Shown in pieces: positions 28,554-38,225 of a stretch of 64,000 nt of DNA (within the stretch, counting starts at the first letter, position 1; every line of letters begins with the position of its first letter). The position numbers and the translations under genes were made by a program. The notes beneath the pieces were generated by a model. The model was not told the origin of the DNA. It did not search any database and saw nothing but the letters and a program-made list of their open reading frames with translations. Origin of the DNA: Nibricoccus sp. (GTDB lineage: Bacteria > Verrucomicrobiota > Verrucomicrobiia > Opitutales > Opitutaceae); assembly GCA_047602425.1 (NCBI GenBank), contig JASGHG010000001.1, positions 1,344,001 through 1,408,000 of the forward strand. Reading direction: 5' to 3'.

Positions 28554-29948
28554 ATGGAGTTCGTGAATCATGCCGCCATCACCGTCGCCGTTTTGGACCG
28601 CAATGCCGAGGATCTCTCAAAGCTCACGGCGATTTTGGAAGATGTTGGCTACAGAGTGCTCGCCTCGTCGACCGAGGCGCACATCGAGCGCTATGCCGCC
28701 ACCGAACCGCTTAACCTTATCGTCAAGGGCTTCGATGCCGGTCACGCCGACGTGCCCGATTTTTTTAAACGCATCCGCGCGCTCTCCCCGGACACCGAAT
28801 TTATTTTGTGCGGACGCGGTGGTTCGGTAGCTGAAGCGATCGAAGCCATGCATCAGGGCGCGCGCGACTATTTGGTCAAGCCCGTGCAACCCGAAGCGCT
28901 GCAGGCCGCCGTCGAGCGCGCGTTGGAACGTCAGGCGCTCGTTGCCGAGGACCCGAAACTGCGTAGGAGTCTGAAGCGCCGCAGTTCTCCCGACGTGTTT
29001 GTCGGCACCAGCGTCCGCATGCGCAGCATCGCTGAAACCGTCGCCGAAGTTGCAACGACCAACGTGCCGATTTTGGTCACTGGCGACAGCGGCACAGGCA
29101 AGGAACTCGTCGCCCACGCGCTGCACGATCGCAGCCTGCGCAAACACGGGCCGTTCGTTGCGATCAATTGCGCCGGACTGCCCGACAATCTCATCGAGTC
29201 GGAACTTTTCGGCCACATTCGCGGCGCATTTACCGGCGCGATCAACGACCGTCCCGGCGCCTTTCAACACGCCAACGGCGGCACGCTCTTCCTCGACGAA
29301 ATCGGCGATCTCAGCCTGAAGGGCCAGGGCGATTTGCTTCGTGTCTTGGAAGACGGTGTGTTTCGCCCCGTGGGCAGCACGCGTTCCATTCGCGCCGACG
29401 TCCGCATCGTGGCCGCGACGAATCGCGACTTGGTGCGTTTCGGACACGAAGGCCGTTTCCGCGAAGATCTGCTCTTTCGACTCAACATCGTCGAACTCCA
29501 TCTGCCGCCCTTGCGCGAACGTCCCGAGGACATCCCCGCGCTGGTCGAGTCGTTCAATACGCACTTTTCCGCGCGTCACGGCCGCCGGAAAAAAGTTTTT
29601 ACCGATGAATTTCTCGCCGTGTTGATGCGGCACCGCTGGCCGGGCAACATCCGTCAGCTGCGAAATCTGATCGAACGTTTGGTGGTAACAGTTCGTTCGA
29701 GTCAGATCGGTCCCGAGCACGCGCCGCCTTTGCCGGCCGCTGTCGCCGCCGAAGGCGCACCCGCGCTTTTCACCGTGCAATCCGGCATGAGCATCCCCGA
29801 GGTCGAGTCGCGCCTCATTCGGGAAACCCTGACGCGTGTGACCAGCAACCGTCGCGAAGCCGCGCAAATTCTTGGCCTCAGCCCCCGCGCCCTCGCCTAC
29901 AAAATCAAACTTTTGCACATCGCGCCCCCGCCGCCCCGTCAAATTTGA
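28554..29948 (+). CDS. Sigma54-dependent Fis/NtrC-family transcriptional activator with atypical receiver domain
   Basis: GDSGTGKE, ESELFGH.RGAFTGA, LFLDEIG, WPGNIRQL, C-terminal HTH; receiver lacks the acidic pocket and phospho-Asp. Confidence 0.93.
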   Translation: MEFVNHAAITVAVLDRNAEDLSKLTAILEDVGYRVLASSTEAHIERYAATEPLNLIVKGFDAGHADVPDFFKRIRALSPDTEFILCGRGGSVAEAIEAMHQGARDYLVKPVQPEALQAAVERALERQALVAEDPKLRRSLKRRSSPDVFVGTSVRMRSIAETVAEVATTNVPILVTGDSGTGKELVAHALHDRSLRKHGPFVAINCAGLPDNLIESELFGHIRGAFTGAINDRPGAFQHANGGTLFLDEIGDLSLKGQGDLLRVLEDGVFRPVGSTRSIRADVRIVAATNRDLVRFGHEGRFREDLLFRLNIVELHLPPLRERPEDIPALVESFNTHFSARHGRRKKVFTDEFLAVLMRHRWPGNIRQLRNLIERLVVTVRSSQIGPEHAPPLPAAVAAEGAPALFTVQSGMSIPEVESRLIRETLTRVTSNRREAAQILGLSPRALAYKIKLLHIAPPPPRQI

Positions 29949-30030
29949 CCCGCGCAAGCCTCTCCATGGCAACATCCGCCACGCTTGCGCTGCGTGAGTG
30001 CAAAATATTTTCAGGAAATCCCCTGCGCGC

Positions 30031-30060
30031 TGTAACCAATCCGCCGCCTGTAGTGAATTA
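30031..30060 (+). promoter_or_regulatory. Putative ECF sigma promoter
   Basis: TGTAACC-N16-TGAAT just upstream of the operon that encodes the ECF sigma. Confidence 0.5.
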
Positions 30061-30087
30061 TCAGGTACAAAACACCACCCTCCTCTC

Positions 30088-31584
30088 ATGAACGCCTTCT
30101 TCACACGTACCGCGACTTTCTGTTTCGCTACCCTTGCCTTCAGCCCGTTCGCCCATGCGGCCTTGGAAACCAACTCAGTTCCAGCTGACGCCAAATGGAT
30201 CATCCATCTCGATCTCGACGCCGTTCGCGAAAGCCCCGTCGGCAAGGAAATCGTCACTTTTATCGAAAAAAATGCCGAACTGCCTAAAGCCGCCAATGTT
30301 CAGATCGACATCAAAAAAGTCATCGCCTCCATCAATTCCGCCACCGCTTATGGCACGACCTTTTCGCAGAATCCGAAAGAAATCGATGGCACGCTGATTC
30401 TCCAGGGGACTGACGAGCTGCGCAAAATCGCCGAGGCCGTCGTCACCCAATTCTCCATCTCCAATCCGGAAATCGTCAGCGACATCAAAGGCCTGCCCTT
30501 CGCCGCCTACTCCATCAAAAACGAGGTCACCGTCGCATTCCCGCCCGAACCCATCATCTTGATGAGCCGCTCACAGCCGCAGCTTTTGAAGGGATACGAT
30601 TTATTGCGCGGCAAAGGACCTGCCGCTGCCCGCGGGCCGTCGTCGCTCAAGGGTTTGATTCCAAAAACCCGCCCGCTCCTGGTTTTCGCAGCCAGTGAAG
30701 TACCCAACACCAATGGTCTTTTCCCCGAAAATCAGCCCCAGGCCCGAATCTTGAAAATGGCCAAGTCCGCCTCCATTGCGATTGGTCAGAACGACAAGCT
30801 CACCACCGCCACATTGCAGCTCGTGGCCTCGGACGACGACCTCTCCGAAAAGCTTCACACCATCGTCAAAGGCCTCGTCGCCATGCTTTCCCTCGCCCAA
30901 AGCGACGACCAGCAGCTCAACACTTTCCTCCAGTCCGCAAAGACCGAGCGCAATGGCCGCACCGTCATCGTCAATCTTTCCTACCCAACCGAGGGCTTGC
31001 TCCAAATGATCCGCGCCATCGCGGCCAGCGAGAACCGTCAGCGCGCCAACCGAAACAACAACCAATCGTCAAATACACCCGCAATTCCGGCCAAGATTGT
31101 GAGCACCTGGATAGCCGACAAGGACTTGGGCAACGACAGTGTTTCGCCCGAGACCCTGCAATTCCAGGTCATCGAAAATGTCGCCCTCAAAAACGGAACC
31201 ACCATCAGCCTGAATGGGCGGCGCGAGGGCGGGGAAAACGCCCGCTTCGACTACATCGACGTGATTCCGACCGGCGGCGGCGGAGCGCTCCACTTCGAAG
31301 CCGAAAATCTGCGGCTCTCGCGCTACAGCGTGGAAAGAACTTCCCACGCCTCGGGCGGCAAGGTCATCACCCTGCAAAACAACAGCAACGGCCATGCTCG
31401 CTTCGAGTTTCCCGGCGCCGACGGTACGTACACTTTGAAAGTCGGCTACGTCGATGAAAACGACGGCAAGGCCACCTTCTCCGTCAGCCTCCACGAAGCC
31501 GCGCCTGCCGTAGCGCCAGCGGCTCCCCAGCCTCCCACCCCGCCCGCGCCCCCCGCGCCAGCGGTTGCAACTCCGGCAAAATAA
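30088..31584 (+). CDS. Secreted hypothetical protein with C-terminal CBM6/35-like beta-sandwich and Pro/Ala tail
   Basis: Signal peptide (..SPFAHA); FEAENL, ASGGK, GTYTLKVGY.DENDG, ARFDYIDVIP. Confidence 0.7.
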   Translation: MNAFFTRTATFCFATLAFSPFAHAALETNSVPADAKWIIHLDLDAVRESPVGKEIVTFIEKNAELPKAANVQIDIKKVIASINSATAYGTTFSQNPKEIDGTLILQGTDELRKIAEAVVTQFSISNPEIVSDIKGLPFAAYSIKNEVTVAFPPEPIILMSRSQPQLLKGYDLLRGKGPAAARGPSSLKGLIPKTRPLLVFAASEVPNTNGLFPENQPQARILKMAKSASIAIGQNDKLTTATLQLVASDDDLSEKLHTIVKGLVAMLSLAQSDDQQLNTFLQSAKTERNGRTVIVNLSYPTEGLLQMIRAIAASENRQRANRNNNQSSNTPAIPAKIVSTWIADKDLGNDSVSPETLQFQVIENVALKNGTTISLNGRREGGENARFDYIDVIPTGGGGALHFEAENLRLSRYSVERTSHASGGKVITLQNNSNGHARFEFPGADGTYTLKVGYVDENDGKATFSVSLHEAAPAVAPAAPQPPTPPAPPAPAVATPAK

Positions 31585-31587
31585 TCC

Positions 31588-32190
31588 ATGCTCGCCGATG
31601 GAACAATGACCCTGCCGCCCCAGGCTGCCTCAGACGAACTTCTAGCCCCGCCGGCCACTCCCCCGGCGGACGCCCGTTTGATTGCGGACTGCCTCGGCGG
31701 CGACATGCGCGCCTTTGATGAAATCGTCCGCACGCATACGCCGCGGGTTTTCAACTATGTCCTCCACATGACGCGTCATCGCCAGGACGCCGAGGACATC
31801 GCCCAGCAAACCTTCATCAAGGCCTACACGCACCTCTCCAGCTTCGATCCGACGCGCTCTTTCATCGCCTGGCTTCTCACCATCGCGCGCCGCACCGCCC
31901 TCAACCACTTTAGATCGGCAAAAAATTTCGAGCAAGTCGACGACACCCACGCCTCGACTGAAACCGCGCCCGACAACCACGTCGAAAAACGCGACCAACT
32001 CGACACGCTCTGGGCTCAGGCCAAACGCACCTTGTCGGAACGCGAGTACGAAGTCCTCTGGCTGCGCTACGCCGAGGACATGTCGCTCGAAGAAACCGCC
32101 AAAATCGTGGGCCTTACCCAGACTCACACCAAGATCATCGCCTTCCGCGCCCGCCAGCGCCTCATCAAACTTCAATCACCCTCCTCATGA
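31588..32190 (+). CDS. ECF (sigma-70 group 4) RNA polymerase sigma factor
   Basis: DAEDIAQQTFIKAY, F.AWLLTIARR, region 4 LWLRY.EDMSLEETA. Confidence 0.92.
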   Translation: MLADGTMTLPPQAASDELLAPPATPPADARLIADCLGGDMRAFDEIVRTHTPRVFNYVLHMTRHRQDAEDIAQQTFIKAYTHLSSFDPTRSFIAWLLTIARRTALNHFRSAKNFEQVDDTHASTETAPDNHVEKRDQLDTLWAQAKRTLSEREYEVLWLRYAEDMSLEETAKIVGLTQTHTKIIAFRARQRLIKLQSPSS

Positions 32191-32792
32191 GCTCCCACGG
32201 AAAAATCCGCCTCGCCTGCCGCATCATACGCATCCGTGACGCAATGACCGGCTCCCGCGCCGGCCACGTCGCACACTGCGCCGATTGCCAGGCCTACTAT
32301 CGCACCGCCGAGTCGCTCTCCGACCAGCTCCGCGCCACCGCGCCACGCCCGTCCCAGCCCGTGCCCGACGAACTCGCCGCCCGCATCGCGCGCGCCGTGC
32401 GCCAATCGACTCCCACCGCGCGCGCCCCGCGCCGCACCCGCGCATTTGAGACTTTCGCCATTCTTGGCGCCGCCGCCGCGGTCTTCGCCTTTGCGTTCTA
32501 TCTGGTTCGTCAAAACGTAATCGCGCCCCGCGCCCATAAAACCGAATCAATTGCCAGTACCAACGCAGCCGACTTCACCGCCCTGGTTGCCGGTGTCGAT
32601 TCGTTGCGCAGCCGGTTGCTCGACTCCGTCGAACCCGCCGCCGAGACCCTCGCCGAACAAAACCCGCTCAGCCGGGAAATTGCTTCCGTGCAGGCCGATG
32701 CCCGTTCCGCCCTCGGCTTCCTCGCCTTGAACTTCCTCCCGGCCGATTCCGCCCAACAGCTCGAAGCCCGTATCGATCCGTCGCGCAGCTGA
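32187..32792 (+). CDS. Zinc-binding (ZAS) transmembrane anti-sigma factor
   Basis: HVAHCADC (HxxxCxxC), single TM helix, ATGA overlap with the sigma gene. Confidence 0.8.
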   Translation: MSSHGKIRLACRIIRIRDAMTGSRAGHVAHCADCQAYYRTAESLSDQLRATAPRPSQPVPDELAARIARAVRQSTPTARAPRRTRAFETFAILGAAAAVFAFAFYLVRQNVIAPRAHKTESIASTNAADFTALVAGVDSLRSRLLDSVEPAAETLAEQNPLSREIASVQADARSALGFLALNFLPADSAQQLEARIDPSRS

Positions 32793-32913
32793 CATCGCCA
32801 AAGACAGAACCGCTTTTTGCAACCGAACTAACTTCCGCATTTACAAGATCGTAAACATCAACAACCTCACCTGTTCCAGTTTCTGATTTTCATCAATTCA
32901 TACCGGGAACGAC

Positions 32914-35900
32914 GTGGGGAATGCGCTTAATTTAGTGCAAATCGCCGACTCCGCTGCGCAAGCCGCGGAGGTGATTCACGTTTTCGAGAAGACGGGCTTC
33001 TCGTTGCAGGCCAAGCTGTTCACCACGCCCGCCTCCTTGGATGGGGCCTTGAATGGGCAACCGAACCAGCTGGTTATCGTCCATATTTCAAATTCATCGA
33101 AAGACGTGCCAGCGACGCTGGAGGCGCTTCAACGTCACGCACACAAGGTGCCCTGTATCATCGTTTCTGATACAATCGATCAGTTCGCAATAGACTGCAT
33201 GAAAGCGGGTGCGCGCGACTGTATTGTCCGCGGCGATACAGTGCGCCTGCAAGAGGCGGCGAGAAATATTTTCCAGCCCGTCGACAACCACGGCGAAACG
33301 CTGCAAGCATTGCGCGAAAGCGAGGAAAAGTTTTCCCGCGTTTTCCATATAAGCCCCGATCCGATCACCATAACGCGGCTCGCCGACGGCGTTTATCTCG
33401 ACGTCAATGCCGGTTTCACTCAAATCCTTGGTTATGCCCGTGAAGAGGTCGTGGGAAAACGCTCGGCAGCCGGCAAGCAGGGCATCTGGGTCAACCTGGC
33501 GGATCGCGACCGGTTGATCGAAGGATTAAAATCCAAAGGTGAAGTCGTTGGATTGGAGGCTCCCTTCCGCACCAAGAATGGGTCCGTGGTCGTGGACCTG
33601 CTCTCCGCCCGCGTGGTGAAATTAGGCGGCGTCGATTGCATCCTCGCGTTCACCCGCGACATCACGGAACGGCGGCGAGCCGACCGCGCCATCAAAGAGA
33701 GTGAAGCGCGTTACCGCGGTCTTTTCGACCACATGGTCGAAGGTTTCGCCTATTGCCGGATGATTTACGACGACGGTATTACGGACTTCGTCTATCTCGC
33801 GGTAAACCCAGCTTTTTCAGAACTCACGGGGCTTCGGGATGTCATCGGCAAACGCGTCTCGGAAGTCATCCCCGGCATTCAGCAACGAGATCCCGGGTTA
33901 TTCGAAATCTACGGTCGGGTCGCCCGGACCGGCAGTCACGAAAAGTTTGAAATCTACGTGGAGGCTCTCGGCGATTGGTACGCCGTCTCCGTCTACGGAA
34001 CGGGCAACAGTTGTTTTGTGGCCATGTTCAGCGTCATCACTGATCGAAAGAGGGCTGAGCAACAACGCGACGCGACCATCCGCTTATTGCGTCTCTGTAA
34101 CCGGGCCCCTGATCTAAAAGGTCTGTCCCGCGAGATCACGCTTTTCTTCAAGCAACTCGCCAATTGCGAAGCCGTCGGTCTGCGCCTCCGCGATGGGCCG
34201 GATTTCCCGTACTTTGAAACCCACGGTTTCTCGAACGAGTTTGTGCAGGCCGAAAAGTTTCTTTGCACTTACCAGTGCGGCGGCGAACCCGCCTGTGATG
34301 ACGCCGGCAATCCCCTGCTAGCCTGCATGTGCGGCAACGTCCTGCAAGGCCGCATCGATCCCACCAAACCGTTTTTCACCCAATACGGCAGTTTCTGGAC
34401 CAACAGCACCACCGAACTAATTGCCACCACCACAGAAAAGGAACGCCAGACCAAGGCCCGGGGACGCTGCACTGGCGAAGGCTACGAATCCATCGCGCTG
34501 GTCCCCCTGCGCAGTGGACGTGGCACGCTCGGCCTGCTCCAGCTCAACGACCGTCAAAAAGGCCGCTTCAATCCCGATCTCATAAAATTGATTGAGTCGT
34601 TGGCAGGCTATTTGACCGTTGCGCTTGAAAAACTTCAATCGGACCAAGCTCTCCGCTCGAGCGAAGAACACCTGCGCCAAGTCCTGGCCACCGCCGAGGC
34701 AGGTTACTGTTTCATCGACAACGAAGGCATTTACCGTCGCGTCAATGAAGCGTTCGTGCGCATGCATGGTTACTCGCACGCCGACGAGTTGCTGGGACAA
34801 CATTTCAGCGTCACCCAGGTCGAATCCGAAAAACCCGCAGCCGAACAGTTCGCGCGGAAACTGCTCGCAGGCGGCACGATCGCGGGCGCTGAATTTAGTC
34901 GGCGCCAGAAGGATGGTTCGACTGCCTTTCACTCGTTTTCCGCGCATGCCGTGCGCGAACACAACCGTGTCGTCGGGCTCGAGGCCTTCCTCATCGATAC
35001 CACCCGATTGCACACGGTGAACCAGCAGTACCAAATGCTGTTCGAGCAGATGCTCGACGGTTTCGTGCTGCATGAAATGATCTACGACCCCGAAGGCGAG
35101 CCGGTTGACTATCGTTTCCTCGCGATGAATCCCGCCTTCGAGCAGATGACCGGCATGAAGGCTTCCCTTTGCAAAGGGCACACCGCCCGCGAAGTGTTAC
35201 CCGGTTTGGAAAGCAAGTGGCTCAAAACCTACCACGACGTGGTGAAGACCGGCGAGGCGCGACGCTTCGAGGATTTTTCCCGCGAGCTCAACAAGCATTT
35301 TGAAATCGTAGCGTTCAGCCCGGCCCACGACCAATTCGCCTGCCTCGTACGCGACATTTCCAATCGCAAGCAACTCGAGTTGCAACTGGTGCACTCGCAA
35401 AAAATGGAAGCCGTCGGCCAGCTCGCCGGCGGCGTCGCCCACGATTTCAATAATTTTCTCGCGGCAATCATGATGCACTTGAGCTTGTTGCAGCGCACGC
35501 CAGGCACAGGCGGCGAGGTACGGGAGTCGCTCAAGGAACTGGAAGCCGAAGCGCGACGAGCCGCCGGCCTCACGCGGCAACTACTGATGTTCAGCCGGCG
35601 ACAGGTCATGCAGCTCAATCCCACCGATCTCAACGACCTGCTCACCCATTTGCTGAAGATGCTCCGCCGTCTTATCGGCGAACACATCCGACTTATTTTC
35701 TCCAGCGAGGCCGCCCCGCTTTGGGCTGAGGCTGATCCCGGCATGATCGAGCAGGTTATTATGAACCTGTGCGTCAATGCTCGCGACGCCATGCCCCGCG
35801 GCGGCGATCTCAGAATCGAGGCCGCCTCGCTCCACCTCGGCGCGACCGAACATCTCGGCGATACTGAAAACCGCGCGGGCAATTTCATCTGCCTCACGGT

Positions 35901-36546
35901 CGCCGACAATGGCGTCGGCATGAGTCAGGACACGCTGGCCCGCATTTTCGAACCTTTCTTTACCACCAAGGAACCTGGCAAGGGCACGGGCCTGGGCCTT
36001 GCGACGGTTTATAGCATCGTCAAGCAGCACAAAGGATGGATCAACGTGAGCAGTGTGCTGGGACAGGGCTCGGCTTTTCGTATTTTTCTTCCGGCCATCG
36101 CAGCGCCCTCGGCCCACAGTCATTCTGCCACTCAAAGTCCCATTCAGGGCGGATCGGAAGGAATCCTTGTCGTCGAGGACGATGCTGGTTTCCGCAACCT
36201 CGTCGGTATGAGCCTCAAGGTCCTCGGGTACCGCGTGTTCGAAGCCGTTAATGCCCGCGAAGCTCGGGCCATTTGGGAGGCCCACCAAGCCGATATCGGC
36301 CTGCTCTTCGCGGACGTTGTTCTGCCCGGCGGTATGAACGGCTTGGAGCTTGGCCAGCAGTTGCGCACCGCCAAACCAACCTTGCGGATGATCGTAACCA
36401 CCGGATATCTTGGAGACAGTATTAAACCGGAGCAGTTGGAGGCCGAAAGTATAGTATTCCTACCCAAACCCTTTACCGCCGAAGCTCTCGCCAACGCCGT
36501 GCGCGAGTGTCTCGATCATCCGCCCATCGCCCCTGACGCCTCATGA
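32914..36546 (+). CDS. Hybrid sensor histidine kinase: degenerate REC-PAS-PAS-GAF-PAS-PAS-HisKA-HATPase-REC, soluble
   Basis: AGGVAHDFNN H-box, NLCVNARDAM, FEPFFTTK..GKGTGLGL; GTG start; no TM segment. Confidence 0.92.
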   Translation: MGNALNLVQIADSAAQAAEVIHVFEKTGFSLQAKLFTTPASLDGALNGQPNQLVIVHISNSSKDVPATLEALQRHAHKVPCIIVSDTIDQFAIDCMKAGARDCIVRGDTVRLQEAARNIFQPVDNHGETLQALRESEEKFSRVFHISPDPITITRLADGVYLDVNAGFTQILGYAREEVVGKRSAAGKQGIWVNLADRDRLIEGLKSKGEVVGLEAPFRTKNGSVVVDLLSARVVKLGGVDCILAFTRDITERRRADRAIKESEARYRGLFDHMVEGFAYCRMIYDDGITDFVYLAVNPAFSELTGLRDVIGKRVSEVIPGIQQRDPGLFEIYGRVARTGSHEKFEIYVEALGDWYAVSVYGTGNSCFVAMFSVITDRKRAEQQRDATIRLLRLCNRAPDLKGLSREITLFFKQLANCEAVGLRLRDGPDFPYFETHGFSNEFVQAEKFLCTYQCGGEPACDDAGNPLLACMCGNVLQGRIDPTKPFFTQYGSFWTNSTTELIATTTEKERQTKARGRCTGEGYESIALVPLRSGRGTLGLLQLNDRQKGRFNPDLIKLIESLAGYLTVALEKLQSDQALRSSEEHLRQVLATAEAGYCFIDNEGIYRRVNEAFVRMHGYSHADELLGQHFSVTQVESEKPAAEQFARKLLAGGTIAGAEFSRRQKDGSTAFHSFSAHAVREHNRVVGLEAFLIDTTRLHTVNQQYQMLFEQMLDGFVLHEMIYDPEGEPVDYRFLAMNPAFEQMTGMKASLCKGHTAREVLPGLESKWLKTYHDVVKTGEARRFEDFSRELNKHFEIVAFSPAHDQFACLVRDISNRKQLELQLVHSQKMEAVGQLAGGVAHDFNNFLAAIMMHLSLLQRTPGTGGEVRESLKELEAEARRAAGLTRQLLMFSRRQVMQLNPTDLNDLLTHLLKMLRRLIGEHIRLIFSSEAAPLWAEADPGMIEQVIMNLCVNARDAMPRGGDLRIEAASLHLGATEHLGDTENRAGNFICLTVADNGVGMSQDTLARIFEPFFTTKEPGKGTGLGLATVYSIVKQHKGWINVSSVLGQGSAFRIFLPAIAAPSAHSHSATQSPIQGGSEGILVVEDDAGFRNLVGMSLKVLGYRVFEAVNAREARAIWEAHQADIGLLFADVVLPGGMNGLELGQQLRTAKPTLRMIVTTGYLGDSIKPEQLEAESIVFLPKPFTAEALANAVRECLDHPPIAPDAS

Positions 36547-37196
36547 CCCTGACCCCCTCGACCAAAATCCTCCTCGTCGACGACCACGTTCTCGTACGCC
36601 ACGGCATAAGATTGATTCTCCAAAATGAACCCGGTTTTGAAGTCGTCGGAGAAGCCACCGATGAAAACGAAGCGTTGAAAAAAGCCGTAGAGCTCCTTCC
36701 CGACGTCATCGTGATGGATCTCGACCTCGCCGGCATCAACGGCCTCAACGTCTCCCGTCAAATCCTGGACGCCCAGCCCAAAACGAAAATCGTCGTACTC
36801 TCCGCCGAAAGCTCGGCTGAAACCGCGCAACGAGCCCTGCAAGCAGGAGTCTTGGGCTACGTCATAAAAGGTTCCTCCAACGAAGAACTCGTCCGCGCCA
36901 TCCATACTGTCGCCAGCGGCCGCTGCTATCTTTGCCCGGAAATCACCACGGCCTTGATCCGGACGCAGACTCTTAAACCAACGTCTACCGACACGCCGCC
37001 GCTTCTCACCGATCGCGACCGCGAGCTCATGCGCCTCGTCGCCGCCGGTCTGCGCAACAAGGAGATCGCCGAGAAATTTTCCCTCAGCATCAAAGCCATC
37101 GAAGCGACTCGCTCGAAGTTGATGCACAAGCTCGGCTGCAATAGCGCCGCGGAACTCGTGCGTTACGCCGTCCGCGAAGGCATCGCAAAACTTTAG
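36543..37196 (+). CDS. NarL/LuxR-family response regulator
   Basis: LLVDDH, VIVMD, GYVIK, HTH LTDRDRELMRLVAAGLRNKEIA. Confidence 0.93.
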   Translation: MTLTPSTKILLVDDHVLVRHGIRLILQNEPGFEVVGEATDENEALKKAVELLPDVIVMDLDLAGINGLNVSRQILDAQPKTKIVVLSAESSAETAQRALQAGVLGYVIKGSSNEELVRAIHTVASGRCYLCPEITTALIRTQTLKPTSTDTPPLLTDRDRELMRLVAAGLRNKEIAEKFSLSIKAIEATRSKLMHKLGCNSAAELVRYAVREGIAKL

Positions 37197-37316
37197 GCCG
37201 AATAGCCGCAATAGCGGCCGCGTAAAGTTCTGGCCGGATTCGGCTTAAACCCAAAAAAAGGGTAAACCCAAATGCGTGCGCGGGTTTGCAGGGACCACCG
37301 CGGGGTTTCTTCACGT

Positions 37317-37343
37317 TCAGGGCAAACGCCTTCAAGCCGATTA
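37317..37343 (+). promoter_or_regulatory. Putative sigma28 (FliA) promoter of the carbonic anhydrase-che operon
   Basis: TCAG-N15-GCCGATTA versus consensus TAAA-N15-GCCGATAA. Confidence 0.6.
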
Positions 37344-37508
37344 CTTCCACTATTCGTAGAAGTCGTCCGCAGCTCTTCTGACTTTGGAAGATCCTAGCGA
37401 GCGGGTCCAGCTCCACGAAAAAACATACGCGCCGGCGAGAACTCAAATAACAAAACCATCATCCTGATCTAATTTTTCCGCTCCGCGTCTGAAAAAATTC
37501 CATCATCC

Positions 37509-38189
37509 ATGAAAATCGGTTCGCTGCCTCCCGTACTCACTCCCGTCGCCCTGCTTTTCGTGCTCGCCATCGGCGCCCTCGCGGCGGATCCCGTGCACAA
37601 AGACCCCGCGCCAGTTTCACCGGACACCGGCCTTGCACGTCTTACAGAAGGCAATAAACGGTTCGTCGCCGGTACCCCCGCCCGCAATACCCCCACCGCG
37701 CAGCAGTGGGCCGAACTTGCCAAGGGCCAGCATCCTTTCGCCATCGTGCTCACCTGTGCCGACTCGCGCCTTTCCCCCGAACTAATCTTCGACCAAGGAC
37801 TCGGCGACCTCTTCGTCCTGCGCAACGCCGGCAACCTCGCCGATCCCCACGTCCTCGGTAGCATGGAATACGCCGTCGAGCACCTCGGCTGCCGGCTCAT
37901 CATCGTGCTCGGCCACACCAAATGCGGCGCCGTCACCGCCGCCGTCTCCGGTGGCGAAGCCCCCGGCCATATTAAGGACATCGTCGACGACATCATTCCC
38001 GCCGCGAGCATGGCCAAAAAGAAACCGGGCGATCCGGTCGAAAACGCCGTGCGCATTAACACCAAGTTCACCGCCAACGCCATTTCCCAGGCCGAACCAA
38101 TCCTCGGCCACGCCGTGAAAGCCGGCCAGCTCAAGGTCGTTTCCGCCCGCTACGACATCTCCACCGGCGCCGTGGAGTTCCTCCAATAA
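37509..38189 (+). CDS. Beta-class carbonic anhydrase with signal peptide
   Basis: Zn ligands CADSR and HTKC; FDQGLGDLFVLRNAGN; hydrophobic leader ending ALA. Confidence 0.93.
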   Translation: MKIGSLPPVLTPVALLFVLAIGALAADPVHKDPAPVSPDTGLARLTEGNKRFVAGTPARNTPTAQQWAELAKGQHPFAIVLTCADSRLSPELIFDQGLGDLFVLRNAGNLADPHVLGSMEYAVEHLGCRLIIVLGHTKCGAVTAAVSGGEAPGHIKDIVDDIIPAASMAKKKPGDPVENAVRINTKFTANAISQAEPILGHAVKAGQLKVVSARYDISTGAVEFLQ

Positions 38190-38225
38190 CCACTCTCAAC
38201 CGCTACAGCTTCAAAAAATTCCGCC

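Noticed and set aside
37250..37345. GGTAAACC / GGGCAAAC motifs suggesting a c-di-GMP-I riboswitch ahead of the che operon
   Set aside because: No GNRA-capped P2, no GACGCAAAG junction and no P3 receptor; better explained as a sigma28 promoter with possible regulator sites.
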